DNA of 64,000 nucleotides, taken from contig JABVCE010000004.1 of assembly GCA_014905635.1 (NCBI GenBank), positions 1,612,001 to 1,676,000 of the forward strand. The letters are read 5' to 3'. Positions 38,673-53,694 of the stretch are shown one piece after another; within the stretch, counting starts at the first letter, position 1, and each line of letters opens with the position of its first letter. The notes beneath the pieces are model-generated. The model was not told the DNA's origin and did not search any database. It saw only the letters and a program-made list of their open reading frames with translations. The stretch is from Scenedesmus sp. PABB004 (Eukaryota). A program made the translations under genes and the position numbers.

Positions 38673-39198
38673 GCGGGGCGGGCGTGGCGTTTTGGCGCGT
38701 AACAACGGGCCGCTCTGCCTGCCGGGCGCCTGGACGCGCGCTGGCAGGTGCTCGGCAGCGCGCGGCGCGGTGCGGCGCGATCATTTCAAAAGCCAGCCGC
38801 GTCGGCGCCCTGCCGCCGCCGGCGGCCACCCGGCCTGGCGCGTCGGCGGACGCGCCTGAGCGCGCGCGCACCCAGCCCAGCCGCCGCTCAATGCACACGC
38901 GCCCCAGCCACACACAGCCGGCCGGCCGGCGTGCCTGTACACACTGCATCCTGCGCCGCGTGCTGCCCGCGCTGCGCCTGCTGTTGCCTGCCTGCTCTGA
39001 GCGGGGCTGCTGCAGCTGCACCCCACGGGCCCCGATCGCTGGCCTCTCTCTCCCTGCCCAGACAGCGCGCCCTGCCGCCAGCACGCCGCTGCGCGCGCCG
39101 TCACCACTTGCCCCAGTCGTCCTCTGACAGCTGCTTCTGCAGCGCCGGGGAGCTGGCCGAGTGGTGCACGCCGCCGGCCGCGTGGCCCTGGGGCGCCC
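38673..39198 (+). repeat. ~530-bp direct repeat, copy 2 (immediately downstream of the copper amine oxidase stop)
   Basis: Near-identical to 33367-33898. On the - strand it still reads APQGHAAGGVHHSASSPALQKQLSEDDWGKW*. Confidence 0.95.
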
Positions 39199-39212
39199 GC
39201 CCGCGCCGCCCA

Positions 39213-42200
39213 TCACGCGCGCGCGCCGCCGGCGCCAGCACCGCAGCAGCCGTTGGCGGGCGCGGCGAGCTTGCTCGCCGCGTTCTTGCCCGGCGGGATG
39301 TCGAGCCCGGGGTTGGCCACGAAGAAGCCGGCCGGTTTGAGCGTGAACCCGGTGACCTCCACCGGCACTGCGCGCAGGCGGCGCGCAGGCGGAGGTTGGG
39401 GCGAGCGCGGGGCGCGCGCAGCTGCCCGGCGCGGCGCGCGGTGATGAGCGGGCGTGGCGGCGCGCGCACTGATGGGAAAGTCTTCGACCCGCACGATGTG
39501 GGTGACGCCAAACGAGTGCCAGAGCACCGGGTCGGCGCCGATGAGGCTCTGGTCCTGCACAGCGCAGCAGCACGCGTCAGCCCGGGGCGCCCGGGCGGCA
39601 GCCGAGCGCGGCGCGCGCGCCGCACCTCCTTGGTCCACACCGCGAGCCCGCGGCACGCGTCGCTCTGCAGCACGTAGTCGCCCGCCGGGAAGCGCTGGCC
39701 GTCGTCGTACGGCGTCACCCACAGCGCCTGGCGCGCGTGGCGGCGGCGGCGGAGGCGGCTCGTGCGCGGCGCTGCGCACGCGGGGCACTGCGCCGCGGCG
39801 CCGCGGCGCGGCTCACGTTGCGCGCGAACACGGCGCGCCGGCCGATCGCGCTGTCGTCGTGCGCGAGCAGGGGCGCCGTGGGCGTGGGCATCAGCTTGAA
39901 CGCCACGGGCGCGCCCGAAACGGGGTTGAGGACCGCCGGGTTTTTGATCTGCGCGGCGGCGCGCCGGGCTGGGCCGCCGAGGCGCCGCGCGGCTGGCCGG
40001 CGCGGCTGGGCGAGCCGGGCGGGCCAGCGGCGGCGCGCGGCTGGCCGGCGCCGGCGTTCACCTTCCAGATGCGCGCCTTGTCGGGCGCGGTGGCGCGCTG
40101 CGCCGCCGACGTGGAGGTGAGGTCGGTCTCGCGAGCCCAGAAGCCGTTGCCGTGGGGGTTTTCGGGCCCGCGCGGCATGCGCACGGCGTCCACCTGCGCG
40201 CGCGCGGCGGGGCGCCTCGCGCGTGGGGCGCGGCAGCGCGCGCGGCGCCGCCGTGCCGGCGTCGGCGGCGGCCTGGGCCGCGCGGCGCACCTCGCTGACG
40301 ACGAGGCCGCGGCCGCCGGCGTCGTCGTCGACGGCGAGGTCGAGGCGGGCGCAGAACATGTGCTGGTGGTGCTGGGCGTTGACTCCCGGGCTCACGAGCG
40401 TGCCGTGCGCGGGCGCGGGGCCCTCGCCCTCGCTGAGCAGGTTGGTGCTCAGCTCGCCCGTGAGCTTGATCTGAAACTCCACCGTCCCGTCCTGACCGAG
40501 GTACCTGCGCGGCCGGGCGCGCCGAGGAGGGCCCTCTGGGTGGGCGCGCGAGCGCCGCTGCGCCGCCGCGCTCGCCAGGCGGCGGCGTGCGCGTGCGCTG
40601 AGCCCTGTTCCGCCTGCAGGCGCCAGCTGGCGCCGCACCAGTACATGGCGTACTCGTAGTTGACCACCGTCGCGACGAAGCTCACCACGAGCCGCCGGGA
40701 CCGGCGCGACTGGCTGTCGCCCGTGCGGTACTCGACGTGCTTGAACAGCAGGCCGACGTCCTCCTGCCGCACGTGGCCGGGCGCGCGTGGGCGGGCCGGC
40801 GCCGGGCGACTTTGCACGCGCGCGCGCGCAGCGTTGTGCGGCCGCGCCGCGCCGCGCGCACCTCGTGCATGCACACCGCGTTCTTGATCGTCACCGGCTC
40901 GCCCTTGGAGTTGCAGAGCACGGCGTCAAAGTAGCGGATGCAGCCGAGGCAGTCGCAGCCTGGCGGGCGGGGCGCGGGGGCGGCGTGGAGCGAGAGGCGC
41001 GGTGAGCGCGGCGTGGCGCGGCCGTCGCGCCGGCAGCGTCGTTCTCCTACGCCGACACGGCGCTGCTGCCGGCGGCGGCCGCGCCGGCCGCCGCGACGTC
41101 CAGCGGCACGGCGGTCGAGTTTGCGGAACGGCCCGCCGCGGCGCACCCAGGGTAAGGGGGAACGTGCAGAAGCCCAGGCCGTAGTCGCCCACGTCGAACG
41201 CGCACTTGCGGTGGAAGGGCTCGCGGGGGTCGCCGTATGGCACGGCCATCTCGACGAGGCTCCCCCGGTGCAGCACGGGGCGCACGCGGCCGCCGTCCTC
41301 GTAGCCGAGCTGGTGCAGCACCAGGCCCTCCCTGTGTCACCCGAGCGAGCGCACGCGCGCGCGCGTCGGCGGTGGCCGCGCCCGCGGGGCCGCGCCGCGG
41401 CGGCCGCGCCGCGATCGCTGCCAGCGCCGCCAGCTGCGGCCCCGCGCCTGTAGTTGAAGCCCACCCGGAAGCTCCACTTCTGCCACTTGACCAGGTTGCC
41501 CTCGACGGTGAAGCTGGGGCCCTGCGGGCGCGCGGCGCGCGTCGGCAGGCCGGCGCGGCTGCCCCGGCGCGGCCGCCCCAGCGCCGGGCGGGCTCACCTC
41601 CGGCTGGACCACATCGAGGGGCTTCAGGTCCGACCGCCAGGGCCCGGGGAAGAGCTCGCTGTGGTAGTTCGAGTCGGCCGCCGGGACGGCTGGCGGCACC
41701 TGCCGGCGGTGCGGCGGCAGCGCGCGCGCGGCGCGTGTGCGTGCGGCGCCGCCACTGCCGCCGGGCCGGCCTGCGCGGCGCACGGCGCGTGTGCGTGCGG
41801 CGCCGCCACTGCCGCCGGGCCGGCCTGCGCGGCGCACGGCGCGCGCGCGGGGCGGGCGGCGCGCGCGCGGGGCGGGCGGGCGGGTCAAGGGGGTGGCCCA
41901 CCGAGTGCTTGTCGATGCGGACGACGGCGCGGAGGTGCAGGTCCACGAGGGGCAACAAATCGAGGGGGTGAGCGTACGCGTTGTCATTAGGGCTGCCAGA
42001 CGCGCGGTCGCGCGCGGCGACGGTCGTGGCGGTGGCGGCGGCGGCGGCGGCGCCGGCGTCAGGGCCGCGCGGCGCTCGGCGGCGCGGCCCGCCTCGGCCT
42101 GCGCCACGCCGAGGCGGGCGGCGGGCGGGGCGCGCAGGCGGGGCGGGGGGGCGGGCGGGCGGGTGTGCGCGTGCCCCTGCCCCTGCCTCACCTGCTCTTG

Positions 42201-42970
42201 GCATACATGAACAGCTGAATGAGCCTGCCCCCACGGGCGCGTCGTGCACCGACCAGGGGTCGCAGCACACGAGGCCCAGGTCGGTCAGGTCGCGCTCGGC
42301 CAGCAGCGCGACAACCTGCGGCCGCGGCCGCGGCGGCGGCTGCGGCGCCCCCACCGGGCGCGCCGCGCCCGCGCGGCGCGGCGCGGCGCGCGGCCGGCCC
42401 CGCCCGCGCGCGGCGCGCCTGGGCGTCGGCCTTGGCAATCTCCTCCGCCAGCAGGCAGTCGTCCGGCGACGCGAGCGGCTGCACGCCCTCGACACCGCGC
42501 CAGCCCGCCGGTGCGGCGGTGCCGTCCGGCCGCAGGTCCAGGTCTACCTCGAACACCGCGCTGCTCGGCGGCGTCTGCAGGATCGCACACGCCCGCCGCT
42601 GCGGCGGCTCCGGCGAGCTGCCGGCCTCAAAGGCGAGCAGGTCGCGCTTGGGGGGCTCCTTGAGCGTGATGACGTTGAAGCGCAGCTCCTCGCCGCCCGC
42701 GCACCAGCCCTCGGCGCGGGCGAGCGCGCGGCACGCGCCCGCGGCGGCGCGCACCTCGTCCGCGCTCAGCGGGTCCAGCGGGTGCGCCGCGTGGGCTGAG
42801 AGGGGGGAGAGGCGCAGCGGCGGGCTGGGACGCGGTGGGTGCGGCCCCGCTGCGCCGGCGGGCGCCGGCGGGCTGCAGTGCGCGGCGCTGCCACCAACGC
42901 CTGCCCCGGCTCCCCATGAATGCCGCGTCGCAGCACGCGGCCCCCCCGTGCAGTTTTTAAGGCGCGTCAT
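39213..42970 (-). CDS. Copper-containing (TPQ) primary amine oxidase (multi-exon; one apparent 1-nt frameshift near 42230)
   Basis: [51 protein letters not shown] (catalytic Asp), LGCDCLG, VCMHE, TVVNYEY (TPQ Tyr), [11 protein letters not shown] and WHSFGVTH (Cu ligands), EDFPIMPVE, GFFVANP. Start uncertain. Confidence 0.93.
41731..41840 (+). repeat. 54-bp tandem duplication inside an amine oxidase intron
   Basis: gcgcgtgtgcgtgcggcgccgccactgccgccgggccggcctgcgcggcgcacg occurs twice in tandem. Confidence 0.9.
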
Positions 42971-43182
42971 GGCCCTTTCACGCGCACACCTTTCATTACG
43001 GAGGCGCGGTCGCAAGCAGGGTTGTCCGGCGGCAGCGGCCGCGTCCGCCACGCAGCGTTCGCGCCAGCAAAGGCCAATCCCGGAGGCGGTCTGGCTCGCG
43101 TGGGCCGGTCGCCGCAGCGGCTGCTTGCGCGGCGCCCCAGGGCGCAACGCGCGGCGCAGGGTTACACCCAGCGGCACTCGGC

Positions 43183-47705
<4,523 letters not shown>

Positions 47706-47876
47706 CGTGGGCGCCGCGCGCGGGCCGGGGCCGGGGCCGGGGACGGGGACGGCTGGGGTGTGGGTGTGGGAGCTGCACCGGCGGTGGCGCCGCATGCGCG
47801 CGGGCGTGCGGGGGGGGGGCCTGAACCGCAGCCGTTGGCCTGAACCGCGGCCGTTACGAGCGGCGACTGCCGGCGC

Positions 47877-48780
47877 TCACGCCGCCGCCGCGCCCGGCCC
47901 GCCTGCCTCGGCCTCCACGGCGTCCAGCGCGGCGAGCGCGGCCTCCACCTCGGCGTCGTCGAAGAAGCGGTTGAGCATGGCCACGAGCTGCGCGGCGCTG
48001 CAGCGCCCGAGCCCCAGCGCCGCGCACAGTGCGCGCCGCCGCGCGGCCGCGCCGGCGCTGCGCTCGGCGCCGCCGTCGAACGCGTTGGCCAGCCGCGCGG
48101 CCTGCAGGCGCTCGAGGCTCCACGCGTCGCGGCCGGGCGGGTGCGCGGGCCGCGCGCGCGCGAGCGCGGCCTGCACGCCCAGCGGCACCACGTGCTCGAT
48201 CCCCCGGTTGCCCGCCGCGTGCACCGGGCCGTCGGCGGCCGCCGACGCGGCGGGCTCCGGCACAAACGCGTGGCCGAGCGGGCCGATCGCGCCCTCGAGG
48301 TGCAGCCGCAGCTCGCGCCCGCGCTCGTCGGGGTCGGTCAGCACGACGAGCGGGCGGCCGAGGCGGGTGAGCATCGACAGCTCCGCCGCGACGTGGGGCT
48401 TGAGCACGCGCGTGCCGTCGCAGACGTAGACCGGCGCGTTGACCGCGCGCGCGACGGCCTTCTGGTCCTGGTCGCCCTCGACCAGCACAACGCACGAGAG
48501 GCGCGGCAGCCCGGGCGCGTCGCCCGCGGCCACGACGTGCCGCCGCAGCGCCGACCACGCGGGCCCGCCCGGCAGCGCGAGATCGCCCTTGAACACGGGG
48601 CGGTGCGCCTTGGCCACCGCGCCCGACGCGACGGCGGCCGCCTCGTCCAGCATCCACGGCGCCGGCGGCTGCTCCGGCTGCAGCGGCGGCGGCGGCGGCG
48701 CGTGCTGCAGCTGCTGCTCCGCGGCCGCCGGCTGCTGCCGGATGCGGCGCGTCAGCTTGCGCGGCGCCGCTGCGCCGTCC

Positions 48781-48845
<65 letters not shown>

Positions 48846-49343
48846 GGGCCCTGGCGGCGACAGCATGTCATGCTCCAGGCTCGCCATGAGGTCAGCAAAC
48901 GGCCCCCGCCGCTTTTTGTCCTTGGCCGCCGCCGCGGGCGGCGCGCTCGCGGCCGCCGCTGCCGCCGCCGCCGCCACCGCGCTGCCGCTGCCGGCGGGCT
49001 TGCCGCCGCGGCCGCCGGCTGCCGCCGCCGGCCGGCCGTCGCGGCGCCCGCCGGCGCGCGACGCGCGGTCGCTCGGCGCCGCAAAGCTGGGCGCGGCGCC
49101 CCCGCCGGCCGGCTGCTGCGGCGGCGGCGGCCTGGGCGGCGCGGCGCCAAAGGCCTCCTTCAGCGCCGCCAGCGCGTCGGCGTCCAGGCCGGCGTCGGCG
49201 CCGTCGCTGCCGGCCGCTGCTGCCGGCGCGCTGCGCCGACCGGCGGCGCGCTGCAGCGGCCGCTGCCGCGCCGGCAGACAGTGAGCGACGCGTTCAGTGG
49301 CCCGGAACTGCACGCCGAGGCGCCGCGCGCCGCCCAGGCGCAT
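47877..49343 (-). CDS. rnmV: Ribonuclease M5 (5S rRNA maturase; TOPRIM + C-terminal domain) homologue with long N-terminal extension, intronless
   Basis: VVLVEGDQD...[15 protein letters not shown] (TOPRIM EG and DxD), HAFVP, RGIEHV (cf. GVEHA), and C-terminal [26 protein letters not shown] (cf. RR..L...L.IG..N.KQL.K.L..F of RNase M5). Confidence 0.8.
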
Positions 49344-49639
49344 GGCGGGGCGGGCGCGGGCTGCGGCGGGCTGCTGCGGCGTGCTGGTGTGGCGAGAAGC
49401 GACGGCGCGGTCCTCACGCGCGGCAAACGTCCTGGCGCGGGTGGAGGAATGGCGAGGAGCGCTCGGCGCAGGCGCTGCGCAGCGCGGGAGGCTGAGCCCT
49501 GTGACAGGACTGCCGCCCGGCCATATGGCGCACCCCCGCGCCCCGGCTCCACACCCAGCGCGCGCTCCTCGCTACCGTCAGCGCTCAGCGCTCAGCCGGG
49601 GCCCAGCCGGCGCGCGGGGCGGCGCCCAGCGGCGGCGGG

Positions 49640-51469
49640 ATGGCAAACCGGACCGACAAGGACGCCAGGAGCATCCATGGCACCAACCCGCAGGTCCGGC
49701 GCGGTCCTGGCGCCATCAGCGCTGCCCCGACCCAGCGGCGGGGCCGCCGGCGCGCCCGCGGCAGCGGCGCGGCGGCGACAGCAGCGGCAGCAGCACCGCG
49801 CGCCGCGCGGCGCGGCCGCCGCCCACGCGGCCCGCCGGCGCGCGCAGAACCTGATCGAGAAGATCACGCGCAACAAGATCTACGCCTCCGTGTACTGGAA
49901 GAAGGACTGCTTCGGCCTGTCGGCCGAGACGCTCGTGGACAAGGCGGTGGAGCTGAAGTACGTCGGCGGCATGACCGGCGAGCCGCAGCGCCCGACCGAG
50001 TTCATGTGCCTCATACTCAAGATGCTCCAGATACAGCCCGACAAGGAGATCATCATCGAGTTCATAAAAAACGACGACTACAAGTACGTCCGCCTCCTCG
50101 GTGCGGCGGACGCACGCGCGCGGCAGCGCGCAGGCGCCGCGGCGGGCGCCGCGGCGGCGGGCGCCGCGGCGTTGGCCGCCGGGGCGGCGCCGGCAGCTGC
50201 CGCGGCAGGAGCTGGACCAGCAGCGGCGGCGGCTGCGGCAGCGGCGGCGCGTCGGCCCCCGCGCGCCCGCCGCCGCGCCGCCCCGCGCCGAGCGCCCCCG
50301 TCTCGCCCCTGCCTTCCGCCCCCGCCCCCGCCAGGCGCGTACTACCTGCGCCTCGTGGGCAAGGCGTACGACGTGTACACCTACCTGGAGCCGCTGTACA
50401 ACGACTTCCGCCGCGTGCGCCTCGCGCAGGCGGACGGGAGCTTTGCGCTGGCGCACGTGGACGAGGTCGTCGACGACATGCTGCGCCGCGACTACCTCTT
50501 TGACGTAGCGCTGCCACACATCCCGCTGCGGTGCGGCGCCGCGGCGGCGCGACGGCGGGGCGACCGCGCGCGGGCGGGCGGGTGTTGTTGGGAGGCAGGC
50601 GGCGCGGCGGCGGCGGCGGCGGCGGCGGCGACGCCTGCGCGCGGGCGCAGGCACCTGCTGGAGAAGGCAGGCACGCTCGAGCCGCGCGTGAGCCTGCTGG
50701 ACGAGGACGAGGTGGAGCGCGCGATCGCGGAGGCAGAGGCGCAGGCGGCCGAGGCGGCGGAGGAGACGGCCGCCGCGCGCGAGCAGCTGCAGGCGGCAGC
50801 GGGCGCGGAGGAGCGGCGCGAGCGCGAGCGCGAGCGCGAGCGCGAGCGCAGCAGGGAGCGCGCGCGCGAGCGCGAGCTGGACCTGGAGCGCACGCGGGAG
50901 CGGGAGCGCGAGCGGGAGCTCGAGCGGGAGCGGGAGCGGGAGCGGGAGCGCGACCGTGAGCGGGGGCGCGACCGCGACCGCGAGCGGGGGGGCGCGACCG
51001 CAGCCGGGAGCGCGGCGAGGAGCGCCGCCGCGACCGCGACAGGTGCGCGGCCGCGCCCGGGCCCACCGCGCGCGCCAAGCTCTTGCCCTGCGCCTGGCGC
51101 TCACTCACGCTGCGCCGCCGCCGCAGGGAGTACGAGCGCGAGCGGCGCGACCGCGACCGCGGGCGTGACAGGGACAGCGAGCGCGACCACAGGCGCGCGA
51201 GCGCGGCAGCCGTGGCGCGCGGCGCGGCCGGCCCTGCCGCGCCCCCAGCGCCCTGCCTCACGCGCTCGCCCGCCGCCGCCGCTGCCGCCAGGCGCGAGCG
51301 CGACGAGCGCGGGCGCGACTCGGACCGGCGCGGCCGCGGCCGTGAGCGCGAGTACGAGGAGGGCGAGCGCCGGCGCAGCCGCAGCGGCGACCGCCGGCGC
51401 AGCCGCAGCAGCAGCCGCAGCAGCAGCCGAAGCAGAAGCAGGAGCCGGGAGCGCCGCGGACGGCGGTAG
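49640..51469 (+). CDS. PRP38: Pre-mRNA splicing factor PRP38 with RE/RS-rich tail (apparent 1-nt frameshift in the G run near 51000)
   Basis: MANRTDKDARSIHGTNPQ-NLIEKITRNKIYASVYWKKDCFGLSAETLVDKA...FMCLILKMLQIQPDKEII...DYKYVRLLG-AYYLRL...LEPLYNDFRR. Confidence 0.95.
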
Positions 51470-51611
51470 CGGTCGGACAGCCGTTGTGACGCGCGACGCG
51501 CGGCGGTGCGCGCGGCGGCGGGCTGCGACGGCGGATCGGGCAACTCAATTGCCTCCGAGGGGTCTCACTCACCGCGGCCAGTCGGCAGCCACGCAGCTCG
51601 CACGCGCGCTG

Positions 51612-53279
51612 TCAGCGCCGCCGCCGCTTGCGCGCCCCCGGCCCCGGCCCCTCGGCCTGCTGCTGCTGGAGCATGCCCGCCGCGGCTACGATCAGGTGCT
51701 GCACGGCGACGCGCTCCGCCGCCAGCTGCGCGCGCTCCGCCGCGAGCTCAGCGCGCGCGGCGTCGATGCCTGCCACCTCGGCGCCCCAGGCCTCGGCCAG
51801 CGCGAGCCCCAGGTCGGGGTGGTCAGCCACCAGCTCGCTCATGATCGGCGCCGCGCCGTCCATGCGGGCAAGGCGCTTGGCGGCCAGCGCAGCTGCGCGG
51901 TGGCAGCCGCTGCGCTTGGCCGCACCAGCGTCGTCCGCGTCGGCGTCCTCGCTCGCAGCCATTCCCTCCGCCACCACCTCAGCGAGCTGCGCCGGCGTGT
52001 AAGCCGCTGCCCCCGCGTCCAGCAGCAGGCGCGCTGCCTCGATGTGGCCAGCGCGGGTGGCGGCGTGCAGCGATGTGCAGCCCTCGTCATCCGCAGCGCC
52101 CACCGCCGCGCCGGCGTCCAGCAGCAGCCGCGCCACCTCGGCCTGGCCAGTGCTGGCGGCGACATGCAGCGGCTGCAGGCCCCTGCTGTCCAGAGCGCCC
52201 ACCGCCGCGCCGACGTCGAGCAGCAGCCGCGCCGCCTCTGCTTGGCCAGCGACGGCAGCAACGTGCAGCGGCTGCCAGCCCTCCCTGTCGGCTGCGTCCA
52301 CCGCCGCGCCGGCGCCCAGCAGCAGCCGCGCCACCTCCACCTGGCCAGCCTGAGCGGCGGCGTGCAGCGGCTGCCAGCCCTCCTTGTCAGCTGCGCCCAC
52401 CGCCCCGCCCGCGCCCAGCAACAGGCGCGCCGCCTCGATCTGGCCAGCGCTGGCGGCAACGTGCAGCGGCGTGTTGCCCTCCGTGTCAGCTGCGCCCACC
52501 GCCGCGCCAGCGTCCAGCAGCAGGCGCGCGACCTCGGCCTGGCCTTTGCTGGCGGCGACGTGCAGCGGCTGCAGGCCCCTGCTGTCCACAGCGCCCACCG
52601 CAGCGCCCGCGCCCAGCAACAGGCGCGCTGCCTCGACCTGGCCAGCGTGGGCGGCGACGTGCAGCGGCGTGTTGCCCTCCGTGTCAGCTGCGTCCACCGC
52701 CGCGCCAGCGTCCAGCAGCAGGCGCGCGACCTCGGCCTGGCCTTTGCTGGCGGCGACGTGCAGCGGCTGCAGGCCCCTGCCGTCCACAGAGCCCACCGCA
52801 GCGCCCGCGCCCAGCAACAGGCGCGCCGCCTCGGGCTTGCCAGCGGTGGCCGCGAAGTGCAGCGGTGTGATGCCCTCCTTGTCAGCTGCGTCCACCGCCG
52901 CGCCGGCGTCCAGCAGCAGCCGCGCCAACTCGGCGTGCCCTGTGCTGGCGGCGACATGCAGCGGCTGTAGGCCCCTGCTGTCCACAGCGCCCACCACCGC
53001 GCCGACGCCCAGCAGCAGGCGCGCGACCTCGACCTGGCCTTGGCTGGCGGCGGCATGCAGCGGCTGCCGGCCCCTGCCGTCCACAGCGCCCACCGCCGCG
53101 CCGACGCCCAGCAGCAGGCGCGCCACCTCGACCTGGCCAGCGCCGGCGGCGGCATGCAGCGGCGTGGCGCCGCGGCGGTTCGTTGCGTCCACCGCCGCGC
53201 CGGCGCTGAGCAGTCGCTGCACCGTCGCCACGTCGCCGGCGCGCGCCGCAGCGTGCAGCGCGGTCGCCGCCGCTGCCAT
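51612..53279 (-). CDS. Intronless ankyrin-repeat protein (13 tandem 33-aa repeats, helical tail, C-terminal RKRRRR)
   Basis: Repeats of the form DxxGx[TQ]PLHxAAxxGxxExARLLLxAGAAVxA with a 99-bp nucleotide period. Confidence 0.92.
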   Translation of the reverse strand: MAAAATALHAAARAGDVATVQRLLSAGAAVDATNRRGATPLHAAAGAGQVEVARLLLGVGAAVGAVDGRGRQPLHAAASQGQVEVARLLLGVGAVVGAVDSRGLQPLHVAASTGHAELARLLLDAGAAVDAADKEGITPLHFAATAGKPEAARLLLGAGAAVGSVDGRGLQPLHVAASKGQAEVARLLLDAGAAVDAADTEGNTPLHVAAHAGQVEAARLLLGAGAAVGAVDSRGLQPLHVAASKGQAEVARLLLDAGAAVGAADTEGNTPLHVAASAGQIEAARLLLGAGGAVGAADKEGWQPLHAAAQAGQVEVARLLLGAGAAVDAADREGWQPLHVAAVAGQAEAARLLLDVGAAVGALDSRGLQPLHVAASTGQAEVARLLLDAGAAVGAADDEGCTSLHAATRAGHIEAARLLLDAGAAAYTPAQLAEVVAEGMAASEDADADDAGAAKRSGCHRAAALAAKRLARMDGAAPIMSELVADHPDLGLALAEAWGAEVAGIDAARAELAAERAQLAAERVAVQHLIVAAAGMLQQQQAEGPGPGARKRRRR

Positions 53280-53694
53280 CGCTGCTGCGCGCCCCGCTGC
53301 GCCGCTGCCGCCGTCGCCCAGGCGCGGGTGGGGCCGCGACGAGCGCGGACGCGTGCAGCGGACGCTTGGCGACCGGCGCGGCCGCGAGGAGGCAGGTGCG
53401 AGCGCCGGCGGCGCAGACGCAGCGACCGCCGGCGCAGCAGTCGAAGCGGCGAGGGAGCGGATCCCGCAGGCAGTAGCAGCGGCAAGAACGAGCAGGGCGG
53501 AGGAAGCGGCGCAGCCCGCACGGCGAGTTGCACGGCGACGAACGAGCGTGACGGCGGCAGCGGCGCAACCGCCCGCCGCAGCCGCAGCGACGGTGCGGTT
53601 CCGCCAGACGCAGCCGCTCCCGATCTCCGCGGCCGCGCCCGGCAGCCGCGGCGGGAGCAGGCGGCGGGAGCAGGCGGCGGGACCAGCGCTGCTG

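Noticed and set aside
39101..39215. Amine oxidase-ArfGAP C-terminal fusion protein suggested by ORF 39101-39718
   Set aside because: The amine oxidase frame stops at 39213; the ArfGAP-derived codons lie in another frame downstream.
39264..39275. SKL in the amine oxidase as a peroxisomal targeting signal
   Set aside because: It is internal, about 17 residues from the C-terminus, so it is not a PTS1 in this gene model.
48141..52970. 1609-aa ORF on + strand, and similar giant ORFs (4352-7354, 35666-38635, 52882-56172)
   Set aside because: Stop-poor GC-rich shadows. They run antisense to real genes or through introns; only embedded pieces such as the PRP38 exons are real.
52020..53270. Regularly spaced repeats resembling a CRISPR array
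   Set aside because: The 99-bp period is an in-frame ankyrin coding repeat with no unique spacers and no cas genes, in eukaryotic DNA.
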